A stretch of 64,000 nucleotides of DNA from an uncultured Planctomycetota bacterium. GTDB taxonomy: Bacteria > Planctomycetota > Planctomycetia > Isosphaerales > Isosphaeraceae. Shown in pieces: positions 53,301-64,000 of the stretch (position 1 is its first letter; the number at the start of each line of letters is the position of its first letter). A program made the translations under genes and the position numbers. The notes below the pieces were generated by a model. It had not been told where the DNA came from. It was given only the letters and a program-made list of their open reading frames with translations, and did not search any database. The stretch lies in contig CAWGMQ010000004.1 in the NCBI GenBank assembly GCA_963823665.1, positions 768,001-832,000 of the forward strand. Direction: 5' to 3'.

Positions 53301-56300
53301 CCAGGCGGGAATGCCGGCAACGGGTACGCCGGCGGCAACGCCGGCGCCGGTGGTGCCGGTGGATGGGGGCGCGGCGGCGGGATTTATGTGCCCGGTGGCG
53401 GCGTACTCGTGCTGAACCAGGGGAGCAGCCTCGCGGGCAATCTTGCAGCCGGCGGAGCGGGCGGCGATGGCGGCGACGGAGGATCAGGCGGCTTCGGTGG
53501 TGACGGCGGCCGCGGTGGCCTTGGAGCTGCCGGGGCTCTTGGCGGCGGTGCAGGCGGGCCGGGGGGTAAAGGCGGCGAGGGCGGTAACGCCGGGCGCGCT
53601 GGACTTGCCGCGGCAGGTGGCTACGGCGGCAGCAGCGCCGGCGGTGGAATCTATCTCGGCGGCGGGCTCGTTCAGGAGAACGCCGGTGCTTCCGTTGCAT
53701 CGAACATCGCCCTTGGCGGGGCGGGCGGAGTTGGTGGACATGCTTACGTGGGCGAAGTCGGCTTTGCCGGCAGCGGTGGACCGGGTGGGCCAGGAGGCGC
53801 GGGCACGGCATTGCATCCGACCGGCGGCATGGGAGGAGCAGGGGCGCAGCCGGCACCGTCGGCTTGGTTGCGGCGGCCAATAACGGCGCTAACGGAGGAG
53901 CCGGCGGGGCCGGCTACGGCGGAGGAGTTTATCTTCAATCTGGATTGTTGACGTTCGACGATGGGTCGCTCTCCGGCAATCAGGCGATCGGCGGCTCCGG
54001 TGGTGCGGGCGGCGTCGCGGGGTATGGCGACCCCGGCGGCTATGGTGCGCAGGGCGGTCGCGGCGGCACAGGGGGCCCCGGTGCGGCCGGGGCTGCCGGA
54101 GGGGCGGGCGGCGTCGCCGGCCTCTTGGGGCATGTCGACAATGGCGGGCGCGCAGGCAACGGCGGTATTGGCGGAGCAGGAGGCATCGGTGCGGGTGGCG
54201 GCCTGTATTTCGGCGGAGGCTTGATCGTGGACAACGGCGCGACGATCACGCTGAACATCGCTCGCGGGGGAGCCGGTGGAGCAGGCGGGTGGGGATTCTC
54301 GGGCGGGCAGGGCGGATTCGCAGGGTATGCCGGCCAGGGAGGCGGTGGTGGAGCGGGCGTGCCCGCGGCAGCGGGCGAGCTCGGTGCAATCGCGGCGCCG
54401 GGTGCCAACGGCGGAACTGGCGGTATCGGCGGCGCCGGCGGGGCTGGCGGAGCAGGCCTCGGTGGTGGCATGTACATATCCACGGGCGCCGTCGCACTTG
54501 CCACAGACTCGATCACGAACAATCAAGCTGTGGGCGGCGCCGGCGGCGCAGGGGGCACGGCTGGCGCTGGAGGATACGGCGGCTCGGGTGGATATGGCGG
54601 CTATGGCGGGGGCGGCGGCGAAGGAACGGGACGAGCGGCAGGGGCAATCGCGGGTGCGGGTGCGCTCGCAGGTCGCGGCGGCAACGGCGGCGTGCCGGGA
54701 ACGCCCGGCGCGGCGGGTGGTGGCGGAATAGCAGCGGGCGGCGGCATTTACTTCGGTGGCGGCTTGCTGCTCGATGGAGGCGCGGCGATCAATGGCAATG
54801 TCGCTGTCGGCGGCGCGGGAGGAGTCGGCGGCGCGGGCGACGTCGGCGGGCGCGGCGGCTTCGGCGGCCCCGGTGGTGGCGGATTCAACGGCGGTTTCGG
54901 GGGTAAGAGCGCGGCCGGAGGCAATGGCGGCGCAGGAGGAACCGGCGGCGCAGGGGGCAACGGCGGAGCGGGCCAGGCGGGAGGCCCGGGCGCAACCGGA
55001 GGCGCCGCCTATGGTGGCGGTGTCTACATCGCATCGGGTACGGTGACATTCATCGGCGGCTCGATCGACGGCGATCAAGCAGTGGGAGGCGCTGGCGGGG
55101 CGGGGGGCGCGGGCGGGGCAGGTGGTGCTGGCGCGAGAGGAGGCCGAGGGGGCGCGGCGCAAACGGTCAGCAAGGGGCGTTCGGAATCTACGGCGGGCAC
55201 GGTGGTGAAGGAGGCGCGGGGGGACGCGGCGGCAATGATGGAATTCCAGGTGTCGCGGGGGCAGGCGGCGCGGGGGGCCAGGGAGGCGCTGGAGATGGCG
55301 GAGGAATGTTTATCGGCGGTGGGACGGTGACGGCAAACGGCACGATCGCGAGCGACGACGAGGCCGTTGGCGGCGCGGGTGGCGAAGGCGGTGCAGGGGG
55401 CAAGGGTGGATTTGCTTATCGGGCAGGGTATGGCGGCGATGGGGGAGGTGGCGGCAACGGCGGCTGGGGCTCGACCGGAGGCATCGGCGCGTCGGGTCAT
55501 GGCGGTGTGGGTGCCAACGGCGCGAATGGCGGCGGCGCGGGTGTAAACCACGCCGGAGGGAATGGCGCCGCAGGCGGAGCGGGCGGGGCGGGCGGCAACG
55601 GCGCGGGGGGCAGCATCTATCAAAGCGCAGGCACACTCGTATGGACCGCGGGGAACATCACTGGAAACACCGCTGTCGGTGGCGTGGGCGGAGCCGGCGG
55701 CGACGGCGGGATTGGTGGAACCGGGGGTGGCGGAGACTCGGGCAACGTGTACACGAAGGGAGGTGGAAACGGAGGATTCGGCGGACGGGGCGGTCCCGAG
55801 CTGTCTGACGGACTTGGCGGCCCGGGCGGGAATGCCGGCAACGACGCGAGTGGCCCGAACGGAGGCAACGGCGGCAATGGCGGCAAGGGGGGCAACGGCG
55901 GCTCCGGCGGCTCCGGCGATGGCGGCGGCTTATATATCAATGGCGGCATCTTGACGCTGAACCAGGGGAGCGTCTCCGGGAACGAGTCTGGTGGCGGCGC
56001 CGGCGGCCACGGCGGAGCGGGCGGAGCGGGCGGCATCGGGATGGACGGCGGCAACGGCGGCGGCGTGTACCAGGGCGTGAGCAGCAGCGGCTCGGCCACA
56101 AGGACAGACTCGGGTTACTACGTCCATTTCGTGGGCGTTAACACGGGCGGCCAAGGCGGAACGAACGGGCCGGGCGGCGCGGGCGGTAATGGAGCCAACG
56201 GTGGAAATGGAGGCAACGGCGGAAACGGCGGGAATGGAGGCAACGGCGGAAACGGCGGGAATGCAGCCGGCGGTGGGATGTACATGAACGCCGGGCTCGT

Positions 56301-56643
56301 GACGGTGAATGGCACGGTGTTCAGCAAAAACACGCTGATGGGTCCGGCGCTGGGCGGCCCGGTTGGCGCGGCAGGCGAAGGCGGCGGCATCGCAACCTCA
56401 CAAGGCGTGCCGCTGGTCGGCCTGGGAGGTCCGGGCGGCTCGGGCGGGTTCAGCAATGGAACCGAGTTCGGTTCGATCGGGACGCAGCGCGGGCCGGACG
56501 GGAAAGCGGGTAAGAACGGAGCGGCCGGTCATGCTGGGGCCGGCGGCGCGGCGGGAACGGCGGCAGGGGCCGCGGGAAGTAATGCTAAGGATACCAACTC
56601 GGGGGGGATTTATGTGGCTAATGGGAAGTTGATTGTGCACTAG
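50351..56643 (+). CDS. Large secreted S53 (sedolisin-like) peptidase with Ig-like domain and long Gly-rich beta-helix/PGRS-like region (~2,100 aa; frameshifts near 50408, 53846, 55157)
   Basis: GGAGG RBS before ATG 50351; LENRVILS leader; EVALDIE, TGDNG, GGTSLATP, GYDLVTGVGSP; ~16 GGG(I/L/V/M)Y...GNxAxGG units separated by GGxGGx tracts. Confidence 0.85.
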
Positions 56644-56770
56644 GTGGTTGATGGTGGGGCGGCGTTGGTACTGGGACAGGGTTGTGATTCGGCTGTGAGT
56701 CGGGCAAGGCGATCTGGGTCTGCGCGGGCTGCTTGATCGACGGATTGTGTGGGATGCGGGGTTCTGCCTC

Positions 56771-59700
56771 TCAGGCGTCTGCACGACCGGTCGCGGCTGC
56801 TTCAGGGCGGGCGCCGACCCTGACGTCCCAGCCGAGGAGTAGCGAGAGCTCGGCCAGAGTCTTTTCCAGTTCGTAGGGCGGGAGGTTGACCATCGCCGCG
56901 CACTTCTCGATGTGTTCGCGCGGGAGAGGATTGTGGGGATCGAGGTAAGGCTTGGGTTCGAACGACTCGAAGAACAGCAGACGGCCGAATTGTGAGTGAG
57001 TCTCGCCAACGATGCTGGCTGCGATGCACCGCGTGCCACGATTGGGATCATTGACGGCGCGTTCGATGAGCAGCTTTCGCGGCCGCTCGTGTGGACACGT
57101 TACCGTCAAGAAGCGCAGTGCGATGCCTCTTACGAAGCCGTCCTGATCCTGGACGGCGCGATCGATCAGCAGCGCTCGCGTCGTCTCGTCAGGCCACGTT
57201 TTCGCCAACAAATGCAACGCGACGTGTCGCGAGGAAACGTCGTGGTCTTGAACCGCTCGTTGGGTGAGCAACTCTCGCGTCGCGTCGTCCGGCCACGTCT
57301 CCGCGGACCGCTGCAATGCGACGCGTTGTACGGAGCGATCGTTATCTTGAACGGCGCGTGTGGTGAGCAGCGTTCGCGTCGTCTCGTCAGGCCACGTCTG
57401 CGCCAGCAACTCGAGCGCGGCGGCTCGTACGGAGCCGTCCCCGTCTTGAACCGCGTGTTTACAGAGAAGCTCTCGGGTCGCCTCGTCCGGCCATCTTCCG
57501 GCAAGAGCACGAATCGCGGGCAATCGGATCAAGGGGTCGTCGCAAACGCACAGTTGTAAGACCAGGTCGCTGCTCGCCATGACGTTTGCGACGAACCCGG
57601 GCCAGCAAGAGGGGCCCAGACTACGGCGAGACTCATTTCGCACGGGTACGACACTACCCAGAAGTTCATCGCGTCCAGGCCAACGCGGCCCGAGCTCCCG
57701 GGATGCGTTGTGAAGGTCGCCCACGAAGAAACTGTGTATGGCAGGCGAGAATCCGGCGGCTCTAAACACACCAGCGACTTGTCGCAACAATTGCCCTCCC
57801 GCCGCAGCGATCTGCTCAGGATTGCGGCATTCAGACAGACACCAGATTGCCAGCGGTAATTCCGGAAGAGGAGTGTCACCGTCCCATTGCTCCAAGTTCG
57901 TGTGTGTGGCCAAACGCTCGACGATGAGGCCGACGTGCTTTTCATCGATCTGACCGCAAATCAGCCGCAAGACTTCTCGCCAGTCGTCGTCGCAGCAGTG
58001 GTCGACGAAAAGCGCGATCAGGCCCTTTTCATCCAGTGTCTTGGCAGTATTGAACTGATGCACGACGTCGGCCGCACAGAAGTACTCCAGAAATGTGCGG
58101 TGCACGAAGCTGTAACTATCCGCGCCCACGAAGCAGAGGATGAAGCTCCGCTGGCGCAGGTGTTCGACCACGGCTCGGGCGGCGGCGGCTCCTGCCTGCG
58201 CGAAGCGCCGATCGTTGCACAGGTAGTCTTCGATCAGGCCCTCCAGCCTTTCTCCAGCGATTATATTTCCCTTAAGTCCGTCGGGACCGGACTGCATGAA
58301 CGACGCGATCTTTCGAAGTATTTCATTCTTTTCACGCCGACCGATCTCTTTGCTCAATCCGGGAAAGTCCGCCAGCGCACGTTCCGTGTCCCATTGATGC
58401 ATCAGCAGTCGAGATGCCTGGGCATACAACTCGACCCGGTCGCGGGGCAATTTCTGGTTGCGGTTGAGGATCGCCATCATCGTCAGGAGCAGCGGGTTGC
58501 GCGCGAACATCGCGATCGATTTCGAATCGCGAATTCCCTTCTTGAGCCGTTCCCGCTTCGGGGCCGCTTGCTCGGCGCTTTCAAAGGTTTCTTCATGCCA
58601 GCGATCGATAAATGCGTCGATTTGTGCTGCGTTCAGGTCTTGCAGCATGAAGTGTCGGAACTCGGCGTCGCGCAGACGCTGCGACTGGTAACCGACGACG
58701 CGTGAAGTGATGACAACTGGCGTCTGCGCTTGCTGGTTGATGAATCGCTGGATGTCGTTGACAACATCCTCACGGGTCTTCGCGTCAAAGATCTCGTCGA
58801 GACCATCGAGCAGAAGGATCGCGCGGCCTGACTGATCGAGCAGTCGTTGCAGAACTCCCGCCGGCCACGTGTGCCAGACTTGACCTTCTTCCAGGAATCG
58901 GACCAACCCCTTCTGACCCACGCACTGCCAGCGACCGTAGCGGCCCAGTTCGATCACCAGCGGAACCGGCACGGCGTCACGCGCTTGGGGATCGGCGATC
59001 CTGGCCCAACGGAGGGCGAGGCACCTAACGAGCGAAGACTTGCCGGAGCCTGGGTCGCCGAGGATCACAACGCGGTGACTCGCGGACAGTGATGTCGTCC
59101 GGAAGGCTCCGTCGATGACTTCCAGCACGGAATGCAACGGCTGGCTGAAGAATCTCCGGCGCAAGTCCTCCGCCTCGACTTCCATCGCGTTGAGTGGTTT
59201 AGCGGTGAGCCGGCCGGATTTCAACAGTCGATTCTGGTGTTCTTTGGGAATTTCGAGCAGCCGCGGGTTATACTCGTCACATTCGCGCGGACTGCGGCAC
59301 GAAGACACTCCATAATCGCACGCCGCTGTAAAACGTGCCTGTTGTGTCGAGCACTTCAAAATTGAGCTTGTCGAATCGCATACGGACAGCGCTTCGGTAC
59401 CGCTCGGAATCGAACTGGGCGGGTAACGCGGAAGACTCCGCGCCGCGCTCAGCAACCCACGGTCGTGACGAATCGGCAAGCCAGAGATTCAAATCCCGAT
59501 CGAACACGTCGCGGAATGTGTCGGGGCCGGCGTATTCGGCGTAGAAGACGGGATACTCGAAGGCCTGCATTTTCTTGCGAAAGTCGAGCACCTGTTGCCA
59601 TTGTGTGAGGGCGATCATCGCTTGGGCAGGCTCGGCCGGGATTTCCACCATGTCCACCTTACGGAAGAACCACTTGATCTCCGGGAAGCCGGCTTCTTTG

Positions 59701-60035
59701 TGGCTCTGCATCGCCCGGTTGAATTCTTCTTCCGTGCCGGATTCCGCGACGCCAGTCGGGGAACCGAATCGCTGGCCCATGATGCCGACAACGAGTGCGA
59801 GGGATTTCTTGTACTTCTCAAGCGTTTGCCGCGTGATGAGCTCCTGGGGCCGGCCGACGCCCGCCGTTGCGAAGTTTTCCCAGTCGACGACCACGAATCT
59901 TGCATTCCAGAGATGGGCGGTGCTGCGGTTATAGTCGTCGAAGAAGCGGCGCACGTGCTGGCGCTCGGCGTTCACGTCGCCGGGCGAGGCGAGGAAGACG
60001 TGGTATTCCTTGATCAGTCGGGGCGTGAGCGGCAT
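56771..60035 (-). CDS. NLR-like STAND NTPase: DUF4062 - NACHT - 5 HEAT-like 33-aa repeats - C-cap (copy 2; frameshift near 59286)
   Basis: Same motifs as copy 1 (VFLASPGDV, GDPGSGKSS, LLDGLDE, HRTFLEYF, WPDETTR, LLGWDV.VGA). Confidence 0.87.
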
Positions 60036-60346
60036 CGGGAGTCACCCCTGGACATCGGCGTGCGTGATGAGTCGTCGAGATAAGGCGATTTTCGGGTATC
60101 GCGCGGTGCTGAACAAGGTGTGAGGTGGCGCGGCTCGGGATCGGTGAATCAACACTCGGGTGCGCTGGCTGATCGAGAATGCGATCGGACTCACGTCCGA
60201 GGTTGGCGGTTCCCCGTCTGAACCACGGTCTCACGACCGTGGTGACGTGGTGGTGACTCGCGGCCGGTCGTGGTTGAAAACTGGATGGGCGGTGTAAGCT
60301 TGGGACTGGTGGGCTCTCTTCTTGGGTCATCGATAAGGAGCCGAAC

Positions 60347-61510
60347 GTGGTGCGAAAGCCGCGTGCGTGGCAAGTTGATCGGGCATGGCTTGCATTGTTT
60401 GCCTTTGGGCTCGCAGGCGGGACGAGCGGCGCCGATGATCCGCCGCGCGTTCTTGAACTGGTCAAGGTCTATTCGGAGGCAGGGCGGTTTGCGGGCTGGC
60501 CGGCCAACCACGGCATCTGGTCGTGGGGGGAAGAAGTCCTGGTCGGTTTCAGCCGAGGATACGAAAAGGACAACGGCGCGGATTATCACATCGATGCGGA
60601 CCGGCCCGAAGACTTCCTGCTGGCCCGTAGCAAGGATGGCGGAGCCACCTGGTCGATTGAAGTGCCAAATCCGCCCGGCGCGATGGTGGGCACGCGGGGC
60701 ATGCGTCACGCAGCGATGCCGCCGGGCGTCCCTGAAGAGCGGCCGTTGCCGCTTCGGGAACCGATCGATTTTACAAATCCGGATTTCGCGCTGGCTGTGC
60801 ACATGGAGGATCACCGAAAGGGCACCTCGTGTTTTTATTCCTCTTACGACCGTGGCAAGAGCTGGCGCGGGCCGTTTGGTCTTCCCGTGTTCGGGCAGAA
60901 GGGCGTGATGGGCCGCACCGATTACATCGTCGAGGGACGCCGCACCTGTTTGCTCTTCCTGACGGCAACCAAAACCGACGGGACCGAAGCGCGACCATTT
61001 TCGGCTCGAACGACGGACGGAGGCCTGACCTGGCAATTCCTCGGATTCATCGGCCCGGAGCCGCGCGGATATGCGGTCATGCCGTCGACGGTTCGCCTCT
61101 CATCAACCGACCTGGTCACAACCGTGCGCCTGCGAGATTCTCCGCGCCGGTGGATCGACGCATATGTCTCGCATGACGACGGCCGGACGTGGTCTTTCCT
61201 CGCAACGCCGGCGCCCGACATCGGTGGCGGAAACCCGCCGTGCCTGGTGCGTTTGGCGGACGGACGGCTTTGCTTGACGTATGGGTACCGTGCTCAGCCC
61301 TATTCCATTCAGACGCGGCTGAGCGCCGATCAGGGCAAAACGTGGACGGAGCCATTCATGCTTCGTGGCAACGGCGGCAGCCAGGACATCGGGTATTGCC
61401 GTTCGGTCGTTCGGCCCGATGGCAAGGTTCTGACGGTTTATGCGTTTCATGACCGCGTTGGGTCCTTGCGCGAAATTGAGGCGACGATCTGGGATGCTGG
61501 GGGCCGGTGA
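60347..61510 (+). CDS. BNR/Asp-box (sialidase-like) beta-propeller protein
   Basis: Five Asp boxes SKDGGATW, SYDRGKSW, TTDGGLTW, SHDDGRTW, SADQGKTW; signal peptide. Confidence 0.88.
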   Translation: MVRKPRAWQVDRAWLALFAFGLAGGTSGADDPPRVLELVKVYSEAGRFAGWPANHGIWSWGEEVLVGFSRGYEKDNGADYHIDADRPEDFLLARSKDGGATWSIEVPNPPGAMVGTRGMRHAAMPPGVPEERPLPLREPIDFTNPDFALAVHMEDHRKGTSCFYSSYDRGKSWRGPFGLPVFGQKGVMGRTDYIVEGRRTCLLFLTATKTDGTEARPFSARTTDGGLTWQFLGFIGPEPRGYAVMPSTVRLSSTDLVTTVRLRDSPRRWIDAYVSHDDGRTWSFLATPAPDIGGGNPPCLVRLADGRLCLTYGYRAQPYSIQTRLSADQGKTWTEPFMLRGNGGSQDIGYCRSVVRPDGKVLTVYAFHDRVGSLREIEATIWDAGGR

Positions 61511-61819
61511 CGGGAAGCTTGTTTCGAGTCTGTCGATCGCCACGGCCGACCGTGCCGATCGAATGGGTGTGGACCTGGTTCCTGGCGATTGCCAGTGGCG
61601 GGAGAATTTCGTGGGAGAAGTGTAACCAGCCGATCCGCACGAGCCTCGATACATTCATCTTCAGATCGTTCTCGCCGATGCCGAGCGTGCCTTCCCGAGG
61701 CGGCGGGCAACGGTCTGGATCTTGCAGGCTGGGGCTCAGATCTCGAAAATGGCGTGGAACCGAGAATGCCGGGCTGGCTAGGATTCCAGCACAATTGCCG
61801 GGAGCGCCGGACGGAGATT

Positions 61820-62287
61820 ATGTCTCACGCCCAGACGAAAAGCCCACTCAGACGCTGGCGCTTTCGTGGAATGCGAGCGACCGCATTGGTCTTGCTTGTG
61901 TGGACCTCCGCGGGCTGCAGCGCGGGCGACGGCCTGAATCGCCAAGCGATCTCGGGAGCCGTGACATGCGATGGTCATCCGCTTTCGACTGGGGCGATTC
62001 TGTTCGAGCCGGCGACGGATGGGTCTGGCACAGCGGTCGGCTCGACGATCCGGCACGGGAGTTTTGCGGTCCCGCGGCACGACGGGCCGGTCCCGGGTCG
62101 CTACCGTGTGCGGATCTATGCGAGCTCGGGAACCCAGGCTCCGCCGACAGAGGGACATAGTGATCGCACGCCCCGGCCGATGGTCGAATTGCTCCCTGAA
62201 ACGTACAATACGCGTACCGAGCTCGTTGCGGAAGTGATCGTGCGGCGAGCGAACCACTTTCGGTTCGACCTGCGCTCCCGTCATTGA
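61820..62287 (+). CDS. Carboxypeptidase-regulatory-like domain lipoprotein (usual DUF1559 partner)
   Basis: Lipobox SAGC, ISGAVTCDGHPL..G.I.FEP, GPVPGRYRVRI, LPETYN..TEL. Confidence 0.82.
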   Translation: MSHAQTKSPLRRWRFRGMRATALVLLVWTSAGCSAGDGLNRQAISGAVTCDGHPLSTGAILFEPATDGSGTAVGSTIRHGSFAVPRHDGPVPGRYRVRIYASSGTQAPPTEGHSDRTPRPMVELLPETYNTRTELVAEVIVRRANHFRFDLRSRH

Positions 62288-62352
62288 CCAGCCGGTCAGC
62301 ATGAACCGTCGGCGCCCGAGCCCTATAATCCACCTTTGAGAAGGTCACACGC

Positions 62353-63327
62353 ATGAAATTCCGGCCTCGCGGCTTCACTCTGATCGAGCTGCTCGTCGTG
62401 ATCTCGATCATCGCGGTCGTGGTTGCTTTGTTCCTGCCTGCGGTCCTGGCGGCTCGCGAGGCGTCTCGCCGAGCCCAGTGTGCCGCCAACCTCAAGCAGA
62501 TCAGCCTGGCGATGCACCAGTATCACGGTGTTCACTCCGTGCTCCCGCCCGGCAAGAAAGGCTGTTGCTGGGGCACGTGGCTCATCTATGTGTTGCCTTA
62601 CCTCGAGCAACAGGCGCTCTACAACTCGTGGAACTCCTGCGGCATCAACGCCGTGGGTGCGCCTGAGAACATCGACCTCGACTTGCGTTACTTCGGAGTG
62701 ACCAACCGGACCGTGACCTCGACGTGGCTTAGCGTTTATCTCTGCCCGAGCGACCAGACAAACGCGCCCATCGCGGCGGCAATGAACGGCATCACTTATG
62801 CCTGTACGTCGCAGAATTACGCCGGTAACTTCGGCAACTCGATCGTGACGCAGACCGATTTCCAGGACATCCGATTCGGCGGTGCGCCCTTCGTCGACAT
62901 CGGATCGCCGGAGGGTGATTACGGCCAGCCGGGCCGAAAGACGGTCGGCTTCAGCTCCATTCGCGATGGCCTGAGCACCACGCTCCTGGTATCGGAGGTG
63001 ATCGTGGGGCAGGCGCAGGACCTGCGCGGGTTTTCCTGGTGGGGCGACGCTGCGACCTTTGAAGCGTTTGCGTCCCCCAACAGCTCATTCCCGGATGTCA
63101 TGTTTAGCCCGTTCTATTGCATCAACCAGCCGCCAAACCCCCCGTGTATCGGCGCGACCACAGCGCTGCCTGACATGTATGCGGCTCGTAGCCGCCACCA
63201 AAGCGGCGTGAACGCTGGGATGTGCGACGGCTCGGTGCACTTTATCAAAAACTCCATCAACCTGCGTACCTGGCGGGCGCTGAGCACCACGCAGGGCGAT
63301 GAGGTCATCAGCGCCGACCAGTATTGA
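62353..63327 (+). CDS. DUF1559 family prepilin-type N-terminal cleavage protein
   Basis: [14 protein letters not shown]...[27 protein letters not shown]9-DG ([16 protein letters not shown]). Confidence 0.95.
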   Translation: MKFRPRGFTLIELLVVISIIAVVVALFLPAVLAAREASRRAQCAANLKQISLAMHQYHGVHSVLPPGKKGCCWGTWLIYVLPYLEQQALYNSWNSCGINAVGAPENIDLDLRYFGVTNRTVTSTWLSVYLCPSDQTNAPIAAAMNGITYACTSQNYAGNFGNSIVTQTDFQDIRFGGAPFVDIGSPEGDYGQPGRKTVGFSSIRDGLSTTLLVSEVIVGQAQDLRGFSWWGDAATFEAFASPNSSFPDVMFSPFYCINQPPNPPCIGATTALPDMYAARSRHQSGVNAGMCDGSVHFIKNSINLRTWRALSTTQGDEVISADQY

Positions 63328-63381
63328 CGGATTGATTGTGACGACGGCCGGGGGAAATCACCCGAGTGATGAAAACAAGCA

Positions 63382-63414
63382 CCCCACTCCGAACCTTGAG
63401 GATTCGGAGTGGGG
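63382..63414. terminator. Hairpin between convergent genes
   Basis: 12-bp stem CCCCACTCCGAA...TTCGGAGTGGGG. Confidence 0.65.
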
Positions 63415-63506
63415 CTTCGGCTCGCCTTGGCCAAAATCCGCGCACAGCGTCGTGACGCGGAACGTTCGGGACGCCGGCACGAACGGATGCCGCGTTTGCT
63501 CGTGAC

Positions 63507-64000
63507 TCACGTTGACGCGGATCGTGAACAAGAAGGCCGTCTGCGGAAATGCAGCGCGGTCATCACGACGAGCCCACCAAGGACCAACAGAACGATCGAC
63601 GACGGCTCAGGGACGCTGGCCGTCGAGATAAACGCTTGATACGGACCATCCGTGCCAGTGATTCCGAAACTCGAAGTCACGACGCTGGCATTGCCGATAG
63701 TCGACCAGCCGGTGAAATCACCTGTGCCAAATGATCCGTTCACGATGGTTCCCGAAGTCAGCGAGATGCCGCTGAGCAACAGGCCAGAGCTGAACTGATC
63801 GGACGTTACATCGACGACCCCGATGCCCCAGGAGTAGGTCCCGGGTGCAAGGTTCGCGGAGAATGTCTGGTAGCCGGTTTGGGACAGGAAGCCCGTTTGG
63901 GCCGGCGCCGCCGTCAATGTTGAAAAGTTATCAGCGAAATCGGTGAGCGCCGGCTGCGTTGTGAAGGCGAACGGATTGAGTGCAGCGAGCGGGTTGCTGG
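63507..64000 (-). CDS. PEP-CTERM sorting domain protein; 5' end outside the window
   Basis: VPEPSSIVLLVLGGLVVMTALHFRRR C-terminus; IVNGSFGTGDFTGW. Confidence 0.88.
   Translation of the reverse strand, partial: SNPLAALNPFAFTTQPALTDFADNFSTLTAAPAQTGFLSQTGYQTFSANLAPGTYSWGIGVVDVTSDQFSSGLLLSGISLTSGTIVNGSFGTGDFTGWSTIGNASVVTSSFGITGTDGPYQAFISTASVPEPSSIVLLVLGGLVVMTALHFRRRPSCSRSAST

Noticed and set aside
52580..56643. Mycobacterial PE_PGRS gene acquired horizontally
   Set aside because: No PE domain; the protein has a planctomycete leader and regular beta-helix units, so the similarity is compositional
45840..59290. Programmed frameshift between DUF4062 and NACHT, since both paralogs break at PQSAR/ECDEY
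   Set aside because: The required shift is -1 in copy 1 and +1 in copy 2, there is no slippery heptamer, and the site is a GCGC run like the other apparent errors
1..64000. tRNA, rRNA or riboswitch genes
   Set aside because: None recognised by eye; a covariance-model scan (tRNAscan-SE, Rfam) is needed to exclude them

Overview
GC-rich bacterial DNA, almost certainly Planctomycetota (Isosphaeraceae-like). Markers are DUF1559 plus its partner lipoprotein, LExRxLL-leader secreted proteins, an ECF sigma/Ser-Thr kinase pair, several sulfatases, a PEP-CTERM protein and a planctomycete-type rpoZ. The core block is aroF-tpiA-secG-yicC-gmk-rpoZ-ftsK (16.2-22.9 kb), with adk-like/OPT genes nearby. Accessory content: (1) an unclassified IS with a 10-bp target duplication; (2) a secreted protein with a toxin-like C-terminal tip; (3) a ~3.7-kb gene-poor repeat tract; (4) a decayed phosphorothioation-associated defence locus, where two homologous methyltransferase 3' ends bracket a PIN toxin module ending in an attC-like site; (5) most striking, two paralogous NLR-like genes (DUF4062-NACHT-33-aa repeats, 12 vs 5 repeats) bracketing a ~10-kb cassette of ECF sigma, kinase and a divergent ~2,100-aa S53 protease/glycine-rich surface protein. 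Many genes, including tpiA, carry 1-2 nt frameshifts that mostly sit on GCGC. I read these as long-read errors, possibly methylation-induced, not pseudogenes. All family calls are from motif recognition by eye; no database search was run.
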